64,000 bases of DNA from Takakia lepidozioides (taxonomy: Eukaryota; Plantae; Bryophyta), in contig CM060731.1 in NCBI GenBank assembly GCA_030704615.1, forward strand, positions 56,668,001 to 56,732,000, read 5' to 3'. A program made the translations under genes and the position numbers. A model generated the notes under the pieces. The model was not told the origin of the DNA, ran no database searches, and saw only the letters and a program-made list of their open reading frames with translations. How positions within the stretch are numbered: the stretch's first letter is position 1; each line of letters starts with the position of its first letter. This document shows, in pieces, positions 11,800 to 25,160 of this stretch.

Positions 11800-13400
11800 T
11801 AGTAAGTGAACAAGTGACATCATGAGCTTTCATGTCTCAAAGAGCCATCACAACATGTGTCAAAAGTATTCTCTTTCCACCCCCAAAAAGGTGACTGCTA
11901 TGTCCTTAAGACTGTAGCTACATTGGGTTGCATCTTCCCACCTTCTGTCTGTGTCTCTCCTTCCACCAGGCAAACATCTGGGCAAGGTAGAGTTTGAGTA
12001 GCACTGGTGGAGGTGTTTTCTAGCATGATGTCAATTGAGCTCTTTAATCAACACCCAGTTTCCTCTAATTGGATTGCCATGAGCTGTGCTCAAGGGTCAT
12101 GGCAGCTTCAGGCTGAGATTCTGTACTGAGGGGGGTGGAAACTAGAAACCCCAAGGTGGGAGGGTTGGTATCCCAAGGGGACTATTCATTGAGGGTTATG
12201 GCTAACACTCGCAGGAAGGCAATGAGTATGTCCAAAGGGGAAGGTTGCCTTTCCGTTAAAAGAAGTCAGTCCACCTTGGAAGAAGGCAACCTGTACAGCC
12301 AATTGGTGGGCATGATGGTCAGGTAGCAAACAGTTTGGGTAGTTGGGGAAACATGGATGGGAAAGCCCGCATGGGCCTTTTATCTATTAAGTACGTCCCT
12401 TTCCAAAAGACGGGAGGTGGTGCATGTATTACGTTTATCGGAGTAGCAAGGTACCATTAAAGAAACTATAACTGATTTAATGAGCCATTCACAGTTTCAC
12501 AGTACAAAAGAGTTTATACCTTGCACATGCATTGTCTCTCTTTTGGAAGTGATCTTAGTATAGACTTCGACCATGCGGCATACATGAACTGAATGATACT
12601 GGGCTACCAAGTCAAGTGTGAAACTGCGTTTGCTGGAGAAGTCCTGCCACAAAATATTGGGACTCTCTCTATATTGCACTTCGAAATATTTCCTGCTACT
12701 CTTGGGCTACAAAGTATGTAAAGCAGATCATTGCAACTGGCGTCATGCTTTCCTGTCGAGAGTGAGTTGTGGATCAAAAGCACAAGTGCACACGACTGCT
12801 TTCATCCCGAAGTTATTGCGAGCTGCGGACGAAAAGGTCGATGCAGCAGAGGAAGTTTCATGGTGCGGGTCCCGCCCCATCTATCCACTTATCCACATGT
12901 TTGCCAAGCGTGTGGCTAGCGTAGGCTCTGCGGCCCCGTTTGAGGCTCCAATGGCAGCCATCCACAAGTGCACGGGGCAGGAGTCAAGACTGGAGCCGTG
13001 AAAATCCTGAGCGTTACATGAAACGAGGAATCGGACAAAGTTCCGACTCTCTCGTGAAACAGAGAATGGTAATATGTCGCTTCTTTCTTGTTTCTTTGTG
13101 GGCGATGCGCAGTTGGCTGAAAAGAGACAATCACAGTTCCACATGACAGTGAAGAAACAAAATAGGAATATGAATGTGAGAAGATGGAAAGACAGAGGAA
13201 GTGCATGATTAGCTCTTGTGCCCGAGTAGTGTGTGTGTGTTACAGAGTTGGAGATGGTACTCACTCCCCACAGGCCCCTTCTCTCCTCGGGTAGATACAT
13301 AGACCATATTTCGCCAACCAGGGTTAAGGTGGGTTTCAAGCATTTCTAGGAAGTGCCAATAAAAGTAGGCCAGTTCTGCAGCAGGCCGCGCCCTGGTTTG

Positions 13401-15300
13401 ATGGATTGCAGAGCTGTTGCATTGCAGGGGTCAGTAGTAAGCCGAGTGTCTCAGGCTTCCCAAATATTGCATTCATCTTTTCTTACTACAGCGCACCTCG
13501 GGGTGGAAGAGATTGCAGGTTTCGGCACGTGCTTGAGAGCTTCTTGGCAACCAAAAGAGAGGAGGTGGTGTGGAGTTTTGATAAGGGCGGTGGAGAAGGG
13601 GCTTCAGACTGAAGACGAAGAAGATCTTGATGTTATTCCAGGCTCAATCACTCGATTTCTTCCTTATTTCATGCGACGTAATTCTTGGGCTGTATTTCTA
13701 GATCCATTCCAGAACGTGGGTGAGCGCTCTGCTTCGCGATCCAACATACCCAGCAGCCTCTATGGCTTGAATCACGTGTGCACAGCAGGTGACCTAGCAG
13801 AACTACTTCGGCCAGGCTTGGGTATCTCAAGCCTCTTTCCCTTGGGTTTGAACTCAGCTGCCCTCAATGAGGACCCTATCTCACAGGACATGGGTGGTCT
13901 AATTTCCACCAATCAAACCGCGGTGTTTCCCGCAGCAACTATACCGGACATCCCCCGCCACTACTCCAAGCACGGAGCCTTTTTTAGAGAGCTGGCTAGT
14001 GGGGTTAGCTGCGGACCCCAGGGCTTTCAGGATTCTGTGAGTTTTCCACTGCATATCTCTCCAAAGTCAATAATATCTAGGCTTACAGCGCCATCAGTAG
14101 ATATGGCCGGGTGTACCAGGTCCGCAGCCCCAGATCTCGCTCCTCAAGTCTCCTACGGCGCACATTCAAGGCCTCAAGCAGAGCTGTGTGCAAAAAATGC
14201 AGAGTGCGTGACCGTGGAGGATTTGGGATCCATAGGAGGCCTTGGTATGTGGCTCACCGAGCGGCTGCCCTCCGGCAGGTCTCAAATCGCTTTGTGGGGA
14301 ACGGCGCCGGGGACCAAACGCGTGGCCAACCTTTGGACAGAGCTGGTTGAAGGAGAGATCTCACTGGAGGATGCTCGACCGCCCAAGCGGACTGTGCATG
14401 TTGCAAGGGTGAAGATCAGAAACGAGGCGGGTTTGTATCTGATCGAAGCTTATCAGGTACTGCATTTCTGAATGTTATGTTCTTACCCAGCCTAGCCTCA
14501 ATTAGGGTTAGCATAGCAGGCCAAGGTACTTTTGTTTTCCCAACAGAATTTCCCTGTATGTTTGAATAGTATTTGTGTCATCAGGACCCTACAAGTAATC
14601 TCCATTGGCCATTGTCAACTTGCTACTATCCTGCTGTTTAAACCTGGGTGCCAAATCAGTTACGTCAATTACCCTCAAGTGGAGTTATCGCCTTTGAAGC
14701 ACTACAAGTTGGGCTGATCAAGCTTCAGCCGGCCCACATGGGAGTTGGTCTCTGTCCTTTTTCAGCGGTGCTCAAGGACCTGATGATGAAGGTGTGCCAG
14801 CTGTCATAGAGGTTCTAGCTTGCCTGTCTTTTTTCCATTGTATGTGCTCAACTTGGCTTGATGATTTTGTGGTTCAGGAGATGGCAGATGGCCAGACCCG
14901 GGTGAGAAATCGACCCCTTTCTGAGAAAATGCGGCCTGGTGAGAACGTGGAAGATGCATGTTTGCGCGGCATTGTTGAGGAGCTTGGTTACCAAATGGGG
15001 GGTCGAGATAGAGTGTCTGTGCTGCCTGAAACGTACACGCGAGAGGAGGAAGAACGGGAATCATTTTCCTACCCAGGGTTGTTAACGCGCTATGTCATAC
15101 ATACTATGGTTGCGTTGGTGAAACAGCTTCCAGATGCTGAGTTCTCCACGGTCGAGAATGAAGGGACCCAGACAAATGGAGGGCTAGTTGCATCTGCTGC
15201 AGGAGATGCCTCAGGCAATGGGAGTTTAAAACATGAGGAATGTGCTCTTGGTGTGAAGAGGCACTTTTGGAGATGGATATCTGAAAGCGAATTACCCTAA
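13401..15300 (+). CDS. Conserved plant protein with C-terminal Nudix-like fold and probable plastid transit peptide; exons ~13401-14456 and 14878-15300
   Basis: GT at 14457 and AG at 14876-14877 join YLIEAYQ|EMADGQTRVRNRPLSEKMRPGE..ACLRGIVEELG, a Nudix-box-like motif. Also WGTAPGTKRVANLWTEL. Confidence 0.8.
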
Positions 15301-15659
15301 ATTGTGATGAAATAGTTGGCACCCTTTTTCACTCCTTACACGCGGTTTTCCTAGGTTTCCCACCTTTTCTCTCCCGCTCTCTTTCACTCTCTTTATTCTT
15401 TCGTATGTGTCATGTATCTGTTACTGTTTGATGTGTATAGCCCATCGATTTTGCCTGCAAATTCTATGTAGGTCTGCATGGTTTCCAAGAGACCAGAGAC
15501 GGTTGGAGTGGAAAATAAATTGGCAACATTTAGTGGTCCATTTGAAGGACTCGAGACATGTAATGGTTTGAACAGTATCTACCATTGCCAGCATTCTGCT
15601 GCTGGTTTCAGATTGGTCCATTGTTTGGTTTTTTCTCTGTCTCACTCTCTCTCACACAC

Positions 15660-15885
15660 GCAGCCCAGGCCCTTTTGGAGCCTTGTTATTGGGCAAACCA
15701 CACAGCAGATTGACCCTTGTGTGAAGGGATTTCTAGTGGATATCTGGAAAACTCGGATTAATCATCTGTTTCACTACCGGCCCCAGCCCTGACAAAGGTA
15801 GTTTCTGTCCCTTTGTGTTCCTCTCAAACTGAGCGAAGGCTACGGCAAACGGCTTATGCGTACATTCTCACACACACACACACAT
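15660..15885 (+). mobile_element. 3'-terminal remnant of a LINE ending in (CA)n; same family as 19805-20190 and 53600-55620
   Basis: RPFWS..TQQIDPCVKGFLVDIWKTRIN matches RPSFWANHTQQIDACVKGFLQDIWKTRIN in the 19809-20186 ORF. Shared 3' motif GCTACGGCAAAC. Confidence 0.8.
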
Positions 15886-17135
15886 ACATCAGCAATGTTA
15901 TTCACCATGATAGGACTGACAATTGGAGAGGCCCTGCCTGCTCTTATCTCCCCCTGGGGCTGGCTGGACTTTCCACGGTTGCTGGTCATCAGCTTCTGTG
16001 AGCACAGCGTTGGACAGCAAATCCCATGCGCAGCAGCTGCTCCTCTGATTACTCGTCAACCAAGTTGCAGTCCTCAACAGTCAGTTCGTTAACGAACAGT
16101 CGTTGTGCGCTTCGAACTCGAGGGCAGAAGCGGATGGATGGAGCCAACACGATACAAGTGTCTCACTCGGTGCGGTGATGACTGGCGACAAGCCAGCAGG
16201 CGCCACGTGAAGATTTCCGTGGGATGCCAATCCAGGTTGCCAACGTGTCGAGCAATGCTCTACACACTTGCCTGTGTCTATCTTTCCCCTATATTCGGCA
16301 GCCTGGCAACGGCAGCCTTGGGGGGACGTTCAGACTAGATAACCGAATCTCTCTTTCCTCTTCAACGTACTGCGTCTCTCTCTTGTTTGTGTCTTGTTGT
16401 TTCAGGCTTCTAAAGTATCTGGAACCGTGAGCAGATTTTCCTAATTGCATTACTCTCTCTGTCTCTCACTCGTTGTTCCCTCCCTGTGTCTCTCCTATCG
16501 TGCCAGGTTGTTTTTATCTCTCCTGTCGGCCTTCTCGATTGCCGTCGCATTCACCATCTGTTCTGAAGAGGTGACATGATCTTTCCTTCTCATTTGGGGT
16601 TGCGTGATCATAGACGTCGGGTGCTTAGGAGCACATGGAAACGACGTGTCGGGGGTTGTGGCTTTGTTTGTCTAGGGAGGTGCCTGTCTGCATTAATTTT
16701 GTCTGCAGTTGAGATCAGTGATGTGGCAATTTCTAGTGGAGGTGAAAGTCTTGAATGTGTGCCGAGTTATTTTGGATTGCAGTACACGGAATTTGTTGCC
16801 TGGGTCCTTGCTTGGACTTATTTGCACTTATTCTGTCCACGTACTTGAGTTGCTCTGAGGTTTAGGTGGGGATATTGCAATCTTAGAAGATATGTTCGTG
16901 ACGTAATTGTTCTTGCTTACTGTGGTGTCTGAAGTAATGCCGGATACTGAAGGACACTAGACTAGACTTTAGACATTAAACTAGACTGGAAGCAGGAGTC
17001 ACAGGTTGAGCTTGGACATACAGTTGGCATTATCGTTTCAACCGGTGCCAAGGTTTCAACCGTGTCTGCAAGGATATGTTTCTCATTTTCGGTGCTTGTG
17101 TGGTGATGCCATGGAACAGGAAGACTATCAAGACT

Positions 17136-17764
17136 ATGATAATGACAGACTTTGAAGACCGCGAGCTCACAGTCGAACCGTGTGGGCTGCCATTTGGGGA
17201 GCCAGATATGGCCATACCAGTACCCGTCACCACCAACACGGCAGAGATGGGCCCCTTGGATATCGGCCACAAGGAATCCGTCTACTCCATCGTCGACGAC
17301 GGGTATGTAGCTGTCCCAACCTGCTCTCTAGTGCTCTTCTTCCTCCCTCCCCGCTGTCCTCGATTCCCTCTAACGCTATCGTCCGTCTTCGTTTCGTTCG
17401 TCCATAACGACAGGGCCTTCGACGAAGCAAGCCCGACGCCCGACAGACACACCGTCTACTTCGACTACGCCGCCGCCGGCCACCAATGCGCCGGAGGGGG
17501 GGCGGATTTCGACATGGAAGTACCCATTTCCGGCGATGACATAATCCGGGCCGGTGGGCTCGGCGCCCGCGACGATCTGGACAGCTTTCTTCCGTCGGCC
17601 GTGGACGCGACGGACGTGGAGCAGTCGTTGGTGGACGCCCTGGACTACGAGGATTCCGGCGACGGCAAACCTTTCCCCGTGTCCCGACCTGGCCTTGGAG
17701 CCGTGATCGACGTTCCCGGCGACATTAGGGTTCCGTGTGGAGCCACTCATCCCGCAGCAGCGTG
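17136..17764 (+). CDS. Small acidic conserved plant protein of unknown function (IRAGGLGARDD..FLP motif); intron 17303-17413
   Basis: GT..AG intron with pyrimidine tract and a GC-rich second exon. Motif DDIIRAGGLGARDDLDSFLPSAVDATD..LDYED is recognised as conserved in land plants. Confidence 0.7.
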
Positions 17765-18729
17765 AAGCACGCACCCGCACAACACGCCCATTCGAGTCCG
17801 TCACTGCATTGTTGGACACGACCGAGGGGTTTAGTGTTCAAACTCAGGAGCCGCATGCCAATGTGTGGGTTGTGTGGACAATGGGTGGGTGAGGGAGGGT
17901 GGCACCCTAATGTCATCAACAGCTGTGTAGGGGTAGCGGGAACAGTTATGTACAAAATGCTCAGGAGCTTAGCAAGTTAGAAAGTTAGATGTAGTGTAAG
18001 TTAGAGTGGCAGGCTAGACGATGGTACCCATGTGACACATGGTTTTGCAAGTGCCACTGTGTGAAATCTGTCACCAAGACTCTTTTTTTGTCAAGTAATA
18101 GCAGCTCATAGCAGTGACAGTTATCTGTTTCAAATATGGCATCATGGAGCTTCAGGAGAAGTAAACAGAATCAGGGACAAGACATGGTAATAGACAACTG
18201 TGCACTTGCTGTAATATAACATTCATAAAACACTCATGTTCTGAGTATCTTTTTCTCTTTTTTTTTTTTTTTTTGGAAAGTTCTGAGTACAGGGATAAAG
18301 GCCTTGGATATTTATTAAAAGATGGATGAAGCAACAATAAACTGGAAAAAATAACCACCCTGGAGCTGCGAAGGTTTATTGGGGGCTACCATCTCGTAAC
18401 CATAATTCCAAGAGACCACAAGAAGGAAAGAGAGAAAATGCATGAAAGAGCCAAATGCATCGCAGCGCCCAAAAAAAGTAAATATGTGCAGATGGACTGC
18501 AAGCCTGCAAACAAAAACTAGGGCAGAAGCTGAAAGCGGATAGTAAGCAGCCAACTAACAACCAGAACTGCAAAGACAGAGAGCAGGCGAGCCTAAAAGT
18601 TGAAGGTAATCTTCCTACCTTCATAACTGCAAAGCCAGATAACGGTTGAGCCTGAAAACAACAGAGTCTAGAAACAACAGAAGTCAATGGCGAGCCCAAT
18701 GCGCTAAAGATGAACACTAAAACTTAAGA

Positions 18730-20535
18730 TGAGCCCTGGATGTAGAATCCCTAGCGCGTTGTGCCTCCAGTTGAAGTCACACTCTTCCCCATCAACCCGA
18801 GATTTCCCATTGGGGGGAAAGGTTTACTTTCCAGCGCATTGTTGTGTCGGACAGTCTAGTGCCGAGGAGGTCATTCTTGCACCAGGAGATATCAAACTTC
18901 TTGAGAAGCGTCGCCCTGCGCCGTTCTGAAGCTTGGGGAAGAGCTGCACACAAAGCTAGCCAGGCTTTCCTCCCCTCAATTCTCAGATCTATATAAACAT
19001 TAAACAGAATGGACACTAAGGGATTTTCCTTGAAAAATCCAGGCACATCTGGCCTTCCAGATTGCCCACAAAGAATGAGCACGCTAGCAACCCCACACTG
19101 GGCATTTAAACATACTCCCACCCTGCCCACAATTAAGAAGAAAGAGGGGGGGGAGGGGTAGGAGATTAAGGAAGAGATTCCCAGTTCAAATAGAAACGGA
19201 TGACCAGGGACCAAGCTCTCTTTGCCAAAAGACAAGCCACCAGACAGTGTTCCAGGGTTTCTTGATTTCTTGATTTCCTGAGCACATGTCACAATCCACA
19301 TTATCAGTTCCCATAAACATTCTTGGAGATGAGCAAGAGCCTTGGAATCCATTTTGCGAGCAAGGCTGAGATCTGCGAGGTTGGATCTATGATACCAAGA
19401 CCACCTTTACTTTTAGGCTGGCAGAGTTGCTTCCAAGAAACCAAAGCTCTCTGTTGTGGGCTGGCTAGGGTAGCACCCCAAAGAAAGTTGCATCAAAGCC
19501 TTTAAACGTTTGGTGAGCTCTGGACCAGGGGACCAAACAGCAGCAGGAAACCAAAATGCAGCCAACAAGACCTGATTGAGCACCAGTGCTCTGCCTGCCA
19601 GTGACAACATAGCCGAGCTCCAATAGATGAGCCTCTGCTTTACTTTCCTGAAAGTGCCCTCAATCCGTTGCTCATGCGTGAGATTGTGACCCATCTGATA
19701 CCCCAGCAGCGTGTGGGAGGAGCCCTCGGGCAGCCAACGCAACCCTAACTCCTCACCCCATGCTTGGCAATGCCGAGAAGAAGAATTTTCTTGCAACAAA
19801 GATTGTACTCATAAGACGTTGTTTGCCGTAGCTTTGTGGCCAGTGACCCCGCGCCCAGTTTGAGCGGGAACAAAAGGGACAGAACCTACCTCTGTCAAGG
19901 GCTGACGTTGGTAGTAAGACTTACCTTCATATAAAGAATTAATCCGGGTTTTCCATATATCCTGTAGAAATCCCTTCACACAAGCATCAATCTGTTGTGT
20001 GTGATTTGCCCAAAAACTAGGCCTCAGGAGGGCCTGGGCTTTTGGCTCAGCCTCGAGACTTTCAAAGTTGGTAAACAGGGGTACAAGAACAATTCCCTTG
20101 ATAGAGTTGAAGAGAGCGTCTCTTTGGTGAGAGAACCCCGGACAGTGTATCAGAAAATGAATATTGTCTTCAGATTGCCCACACAATGGGGAATTGCAGC
20201 AAAGAGAGCATTCCTATGGACTTATCCCAATTCACCATGAGACCAGAGGCTAGACAGAACTGATTTAGAGCCAAAAGGGCTCTCTCTATGTTATCGAGCC
20301 AGGAATTATCCAAAAGAAGAGTCGTGTCGTCGGCATACATAGAAAGCTTCACCATCGTTGGCCGGTCTGCTTGAGCTGGGGGCAGGTGGAGCCCCACAAT
20401 ATCATCCTTCTGATCCCAATGGTGCCCCAAAGTATCCACGGCAATTAGAAACAAAAAAGGGGCCAATCGACATCCCTGGCAAACCGATCTAGAGAGTGGG
20501 AACGAGTCAGAGACAACCCCATTCAACATAACTTT
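18730..20535 (-). mobile_element. Degenerate L1/Tx1-type LINE ORF2 fragment (RT C-terminal half plus downstream region), 5'-truncated by the LTR element
   Basis: SRSVCQGCRLAPFLF, MYADDTTL, GLMVNWDKS, LSLAGRALVLNQVL. Confidence 0.9.
19803..20193 (-). mobile_element. 5'-truncated LINE 3' end (CCHC finger) nested in the L1 fragment
   Basis: CGQSEDNIHFLIHC is near-identical to 55520-55600. Flanked by the near-duplicate TTGCAACAAAGA (19791) / TTGCAGCAAAGA (20194), a probable TSD. Confidence 0.8.
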
Positions 20536-20615
20536 GTTGGAGGTGTGTCGTGCGCATACATATTGCTACACAACTACATCGATGTCCAAAACCACACAAC
20601 ATATGTGCACACCAA

Positions 20616-21625
20616 ACACTAGTCTATCACTAGTCCACCACTAGTGCACCACTAGGATGCCACTAGACAACCACTAGTCACCACTAGTGCAGCCACTAGT
20701 CCACCACTAGGCTGCCACTAGCCACCACTAGTACAGCCACTAGTCCACCATTAGGCTGCTACTAGTCCACCACTAGTGCAACCACTAATCCAACCACTAG
20801 GCTGCCACTAGCCACCACTAGTGCAGCCATTAGTCCAACCACTAGGCTGCCACTAGTCCACCACTAGTGCAGCCACTAGTCCAACCACTAGGCTGCCACT
20901 AGCCACCACTAGTGCAGCCACTAGTCCACCCACTAGGCTGTCACTAGCCACCACTAGTGCAGCCACTAGTCCATCACTAGGCTGTCACTAGCCACCACTA
21001 GTGCAGCCACTAGTCCAGCACTAGGCTGCCACTAGCCACCACTAGTGCAGCCACTAGTCCACCCACTAGGCTGCCACTAGCCACCACTAGTACAGCCACT
21101 AGTCCACCATTAGGCTACTACTAGTCCACCACTAGTGCAACCACTAGTCCAACCACTAGGCTGCCACTAGCCACCACTAGTGCAGCCATTAGTCCAACCA
21201 CTAGGCTGTCACTAGTCCACCACTAGGCTGCCACTAGTCCACCACTAGTGCAGCCACTAGTCCAACCACTAGGCTGCCACTAGCCACCACTAGTGCAGCC
21301 ACTAGTCCACCCACTAGGCTGTCACTAGCCACCACTAGTGCAGCCACTAGTCCATCACTAGGCTGTCACTAGCCACCACTAGTGCAGCCATTAGTCCAAC
21401 CACTAGGCTGTCACTAGCCACCACTAGTGCAGCCACTAGTCCAGCACTAGGCTGCCACTAGCCACCACTAGTGCAGCCACTAGTCCACCCACTAGGCTGC
21501 CACTAGCCACCACTAGTGCAGCCACTAGTCCAACCACTAGGCTGCCACTAGCCACCACTAGTGCAGCCACTAGTCCACCACTAGGCTGCCACTAGCCACC
21601 ACTAGTGCAGCCACTAGTCCATCAC
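20616..21625. repeat. ~1-kb minisatellite of CCACTAG-containing 10-12-nt monomers with ~45-bp higher-order unit
   Basis: Recurring CCACTAGTGCAG-CCACTAGTCCAA-CCACTAGGCTG-CCACTAGCCA. Confidence 0.97.
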
Positions 21626-22336
21626 AATTGTCAAGTTATTTTATCAGCCTGCAGGTAATTTCTTTGGACAGAATGTTGTTGGGGCCTATATGTACCTCTA
21701 TTTGCTCCATTTTTGAACCTTCAGCAAATGGTGTGGTTTCCTGAGGTGGTTCCATTCGGAGGAATGGCTGGTGGACGTAAGGAGGCACTGGCGGAGACCC
21801 TGTGGAGGCTTGCATGGGGCCTTGGAGGCCAAGTTTCATGAGCTCGTGGAGGGCGGTTTGAGGAGTGTCTACAAGATGCTCTCATGGTCATGCAAGTGAG
21901 AGAAGAGAGGAAAAAAAAAAAAGGGTGTTGGGATGAGAGCGTGCTTGGGATAGGCATTGCTCTAGTTTCTCTTCCTCGTAGCTTTCTACCTTCTCTGTAG
22001 GCCGAGACATTTCCGTAGGTGGAGGCAAGAGTCAGTCCGGGTTTGGGCTGGGTTGCAGGAGCGACATTGTGGAGAGATTTTTGGTGTGGGGGAGTTGTTG
22101 TTTTCATTCTTGTGTTTGAATCCCTTCCACACTTGCATGCTTGATTGTGCGCCATGCTAGTTTTGTGTGGGCGCTTGATTTTATCGGTGGTGGACTCGGG
22201 CTTTATCGCCGATCCCACCCTAGAGCATGTTGTCGATGGTGAGGCTAGGTTGATGACCAGTCAGACCATCTTTGTTTCTCCTGTGGTGAGGTTGGAGGTG
22301 ATGACCAGCCAATCATAGGAGTGCCTGCGGTGGATG

Positions 22337-22370
22337 CAGGTGCAGGTGCAGGTGCAGGTGCAGGTGCAGG
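22337..22370. repeat. (GCAGGT)n hexamer microsatellite, ~6 copies
   Basis: gcaggtgcaggtgcaggtgcaggtgcaggtgcagg. Confidence 0.9.
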
Positions 22371-22539
22371 CTATGTTAGGAACCTAGTATTCCAAACCAT
22401 AAGCCGCATCAGGTTCTCTACTCGGTTACCTTGTGGAAAGGGGGTTAGAGACATGTTCATGACCGGTTGAGTGTCAGTTTGTCAACACGGAGGTGCCACT
22501 AGTTGCTGGGAAAAGTGCCGGTACGAGCACTAGCGATAC

Positions 22540-25160
22540 TAGCGGTTATGCGAGACGAGGTGTGCGGTTTAGGCCACCTTCACCTCCTGTGTCTTCTACG
22601 GAAGGTTCTGATTCGGATTGTGAATAAGGAAGACTCACACCGGCGGTGCAAGTTGTTTCCTTGCCATTGCTGTGTGACACAGTGGAGGAGATGTATGGAG
22701 CCACCAAGGGGCCACGAAGGTACTTTGGGGCGGTGGGCACCATTGAGTTGGATGATTTTATCCAAGAGTTTAGTTGGTGTGACTTGCAGCAAATGCGCAA
22801 TCCACAACTGTTTACGCCTTTCATGGCATGGAAGGGGCTGTTTCAGCACCTTGAGGGGCCGCCCATGGACAATTACCATGAGTTTAGGCGGGGGCACGAT
22901 GTTGAGATCGAGGAGTGGAGGATGTACTGGTCACCCGACTATGTCTCCATCACTAGAGGCACTAGAGGCACAAGGGCAGCAGCCACACCGGCAGTTGCAC
23001 CAGCAGCAGCACCCACAACAACAACTTCCACGAGCAGTAGTAGGACTAGTGGTACAGCAACTACGACGGCCACCCAAGCTACTTCTGCACCAGCACCAGT
23101 GGCGGTGCCTACCTTCAACCCTGTTGTGGAGTTCTTCGAAGAGTTGAGAAGGAACTACCAAGGGGTGAGGACAGAGAAGTTGAGGAGCTTGCAAGAGTTC
23201 TAGAGGAAGCCTACTGAGAGCTTGAGGGAGGCTTTCACTGGCATGAGGCGCTTGATAAATGTAACCCAAGGGGTTACGGAGGCTCAGGCAGTCCAGTTCT
23301 GGTACGAGATATTGGACAATGAGCTGAGGAGAAGGGTGCGGGATGCAACTCTCCTACAAGCGGCCCAACCCACCTTAGCAAATGTGTTTTTGCTGGCAGA
23401 GCGGATAGAGCTCAACATAGTGGAGGAACGAGTGGTCATGGTGGGATTTGCTAAGGAGGCACCACGGGGTAGTGGTGCTCCTAGCCAGCCACTACCTTAA
23501 CGGGCTCAAGGCAGCAAGGGAGCTCAGGTGAAGCCCAGGGAAGAACAGAGAGGACCTGAGATGCAGGGGTCTCTCCCTTCATTTGTAAGCCAACAACGGG
23601 CGGATGTGGTGTGCTGGACATGTGGAGGACCCCATGTCAAGAAGGATTTCCCAGAGGGAGGCAATGGTTTGGCACCGACACAGCCTGCACAGTTGCAGTG
23701 TGGGCATTGCGGCAGGTACGGGCATAGAGAGGCTTAGTGCTATGGTTTGCACCCTGAGTTGCGCCAGGCCAGTTCCAAGGGAACAATGGTGGCCGGGGGC
23801 GAGGTGGAGCAGCCAGAGAGGACGAGGTGGCCACGCACGAGGTGCAGGCCAAGGGCAAGCTCAACATGGCCAAGGACGCGGAGGTCAGGGTGGTGACCAA
23901 GGCATGGCCAACCGGCTTCAGCAGCTAGAGCAGAGGCTCGCTGCCATGGCCATAGCTCAGGTGGTACCGGCTCGAAGGCCAGATGGTCCACCTCCTCCTC
24001 CTGAAGGAGGAGACATGGGAGGCATGGGATTCATGTGCAGGGCAGCACTACCACTAGTGTAGGGTACACCCTACCACTTGGGTGGGGCACCCACTACCAC
24101 TAGGGGTGCGACTACCACTACCACTGTGGGTGGGGCACCACTACCACTAGTGCCGAGCAGCACTACCACTACCACTATGTGCGGGGCAGGACTATCACTA
24201 GTGCAAGTGGAGTCAGCTGCGGCAATGACTCGAGGAGCAGCACGAGTTCCTGAGCCACGGGGTGCGGAGGTGGAGTTGGATCCACAGCGTGGGGAGGCAA
24301 GCCGTCAGGCCAGGCTTCTTCAGTCATTCACATTGGCGGAGATAGTGTCGACTCCGTCCATGGCACCTAGTTCTCGCCCGACTGTTACCAAGGCGGAGGT
24401 TACTATGCCATTGGGGAGAGCTACACGGGCAGCACCAATACCTAGTGTTGCCAAGGCTACGGCAGCTAGTGTGCTGCTGGGGGCGGCCACAGCTGTGTGC
24501 CAGGCTCCATTGTTCTCGGCTACCATGATTGCGACGCCGGGGATAAGACCAGCTGAGGTGTTCAGGCTGGCAGCGACACTCTGTGAGAGTGGGGAGGTTA
24601 CTTCATCTTCTGCGGGAGATAGTGGGAGGTGTAGTGCCGGAGGGATCCTCGGATGTGAGGGTCAAGACTGCCCCGGCGGCGCCATGGCAAGCTGCAGCTG
24701 CCAGGTTGATGGAGTTGTCAGCTAGGCCAGCCATTGAGCGCGCCATGGTGACACCTGGAGTTGTCATATTAGACAACCAGGATGGCATTTTCTGTTTGAG
24801 TGGACCGGCAGGCAAGAGGTACCGGCCATTGCGGGTCTTGTTGGACTCGGGAGCTCAGCCATTGATGCTGGGCAGAGCTGCTATTGCAGGCTTGGGCCCA
24901 CGGAGGCGGATATGGAGTCGTGCCCTTTCCAGATACAGACATCGCTGGAGATCAGCAGCAGCTCGAGGCATGACACACGGCGTGAGTTGGCTATCAGACT
25001 ACAGCTGGATCATCCTAAGATGGCTCAGTGATGAGAGCCAAGGCCATTGTGACAGACGCGGTCTCGTACGATGTCCTTGTTGGTGGGACAGTATTGTACC
25101 CCATGGGCTTCACCCTGGATTTTTGGGAGGAGTCAGCTTCCTATAGGCCTGGATGGCAGT
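22540..25160 (+). pseudogene. gag (with zinc knuckles) and aspartic protease of the Ty3/gypsy element
   Basis: ELDDFIQEF..W, LRSLQEF*R..ESLREAF, CWTCGGPH, CGHCGRYGHREA*C, RVLLDSGAQPLMLG. Several stops and frameshifts. Confidence 0.85.

Larger units (their letters stand above)
20535..22487 (+). repeat. Putative 5' LTR (~1.95 kb)
   Basis: Begins TGTTG exactly where the L1 RT homology stops and ends GTCAACA. Followed by GGTGCC(ACTA)GTTGCTGGGA, resembling the Athila-type TGGCGCCGTTGCCGGGGA PBS. No second LTR in the window to confirm. Confidence 0.6.

Noticed and set aside
20616-21625. CACTA transposon termini or telomeric repeat
   Set aside because: CACTAG matches only the first bases of a CACTA TIR with no further TIR or TSD, and is not a recognised plant telomere motif.
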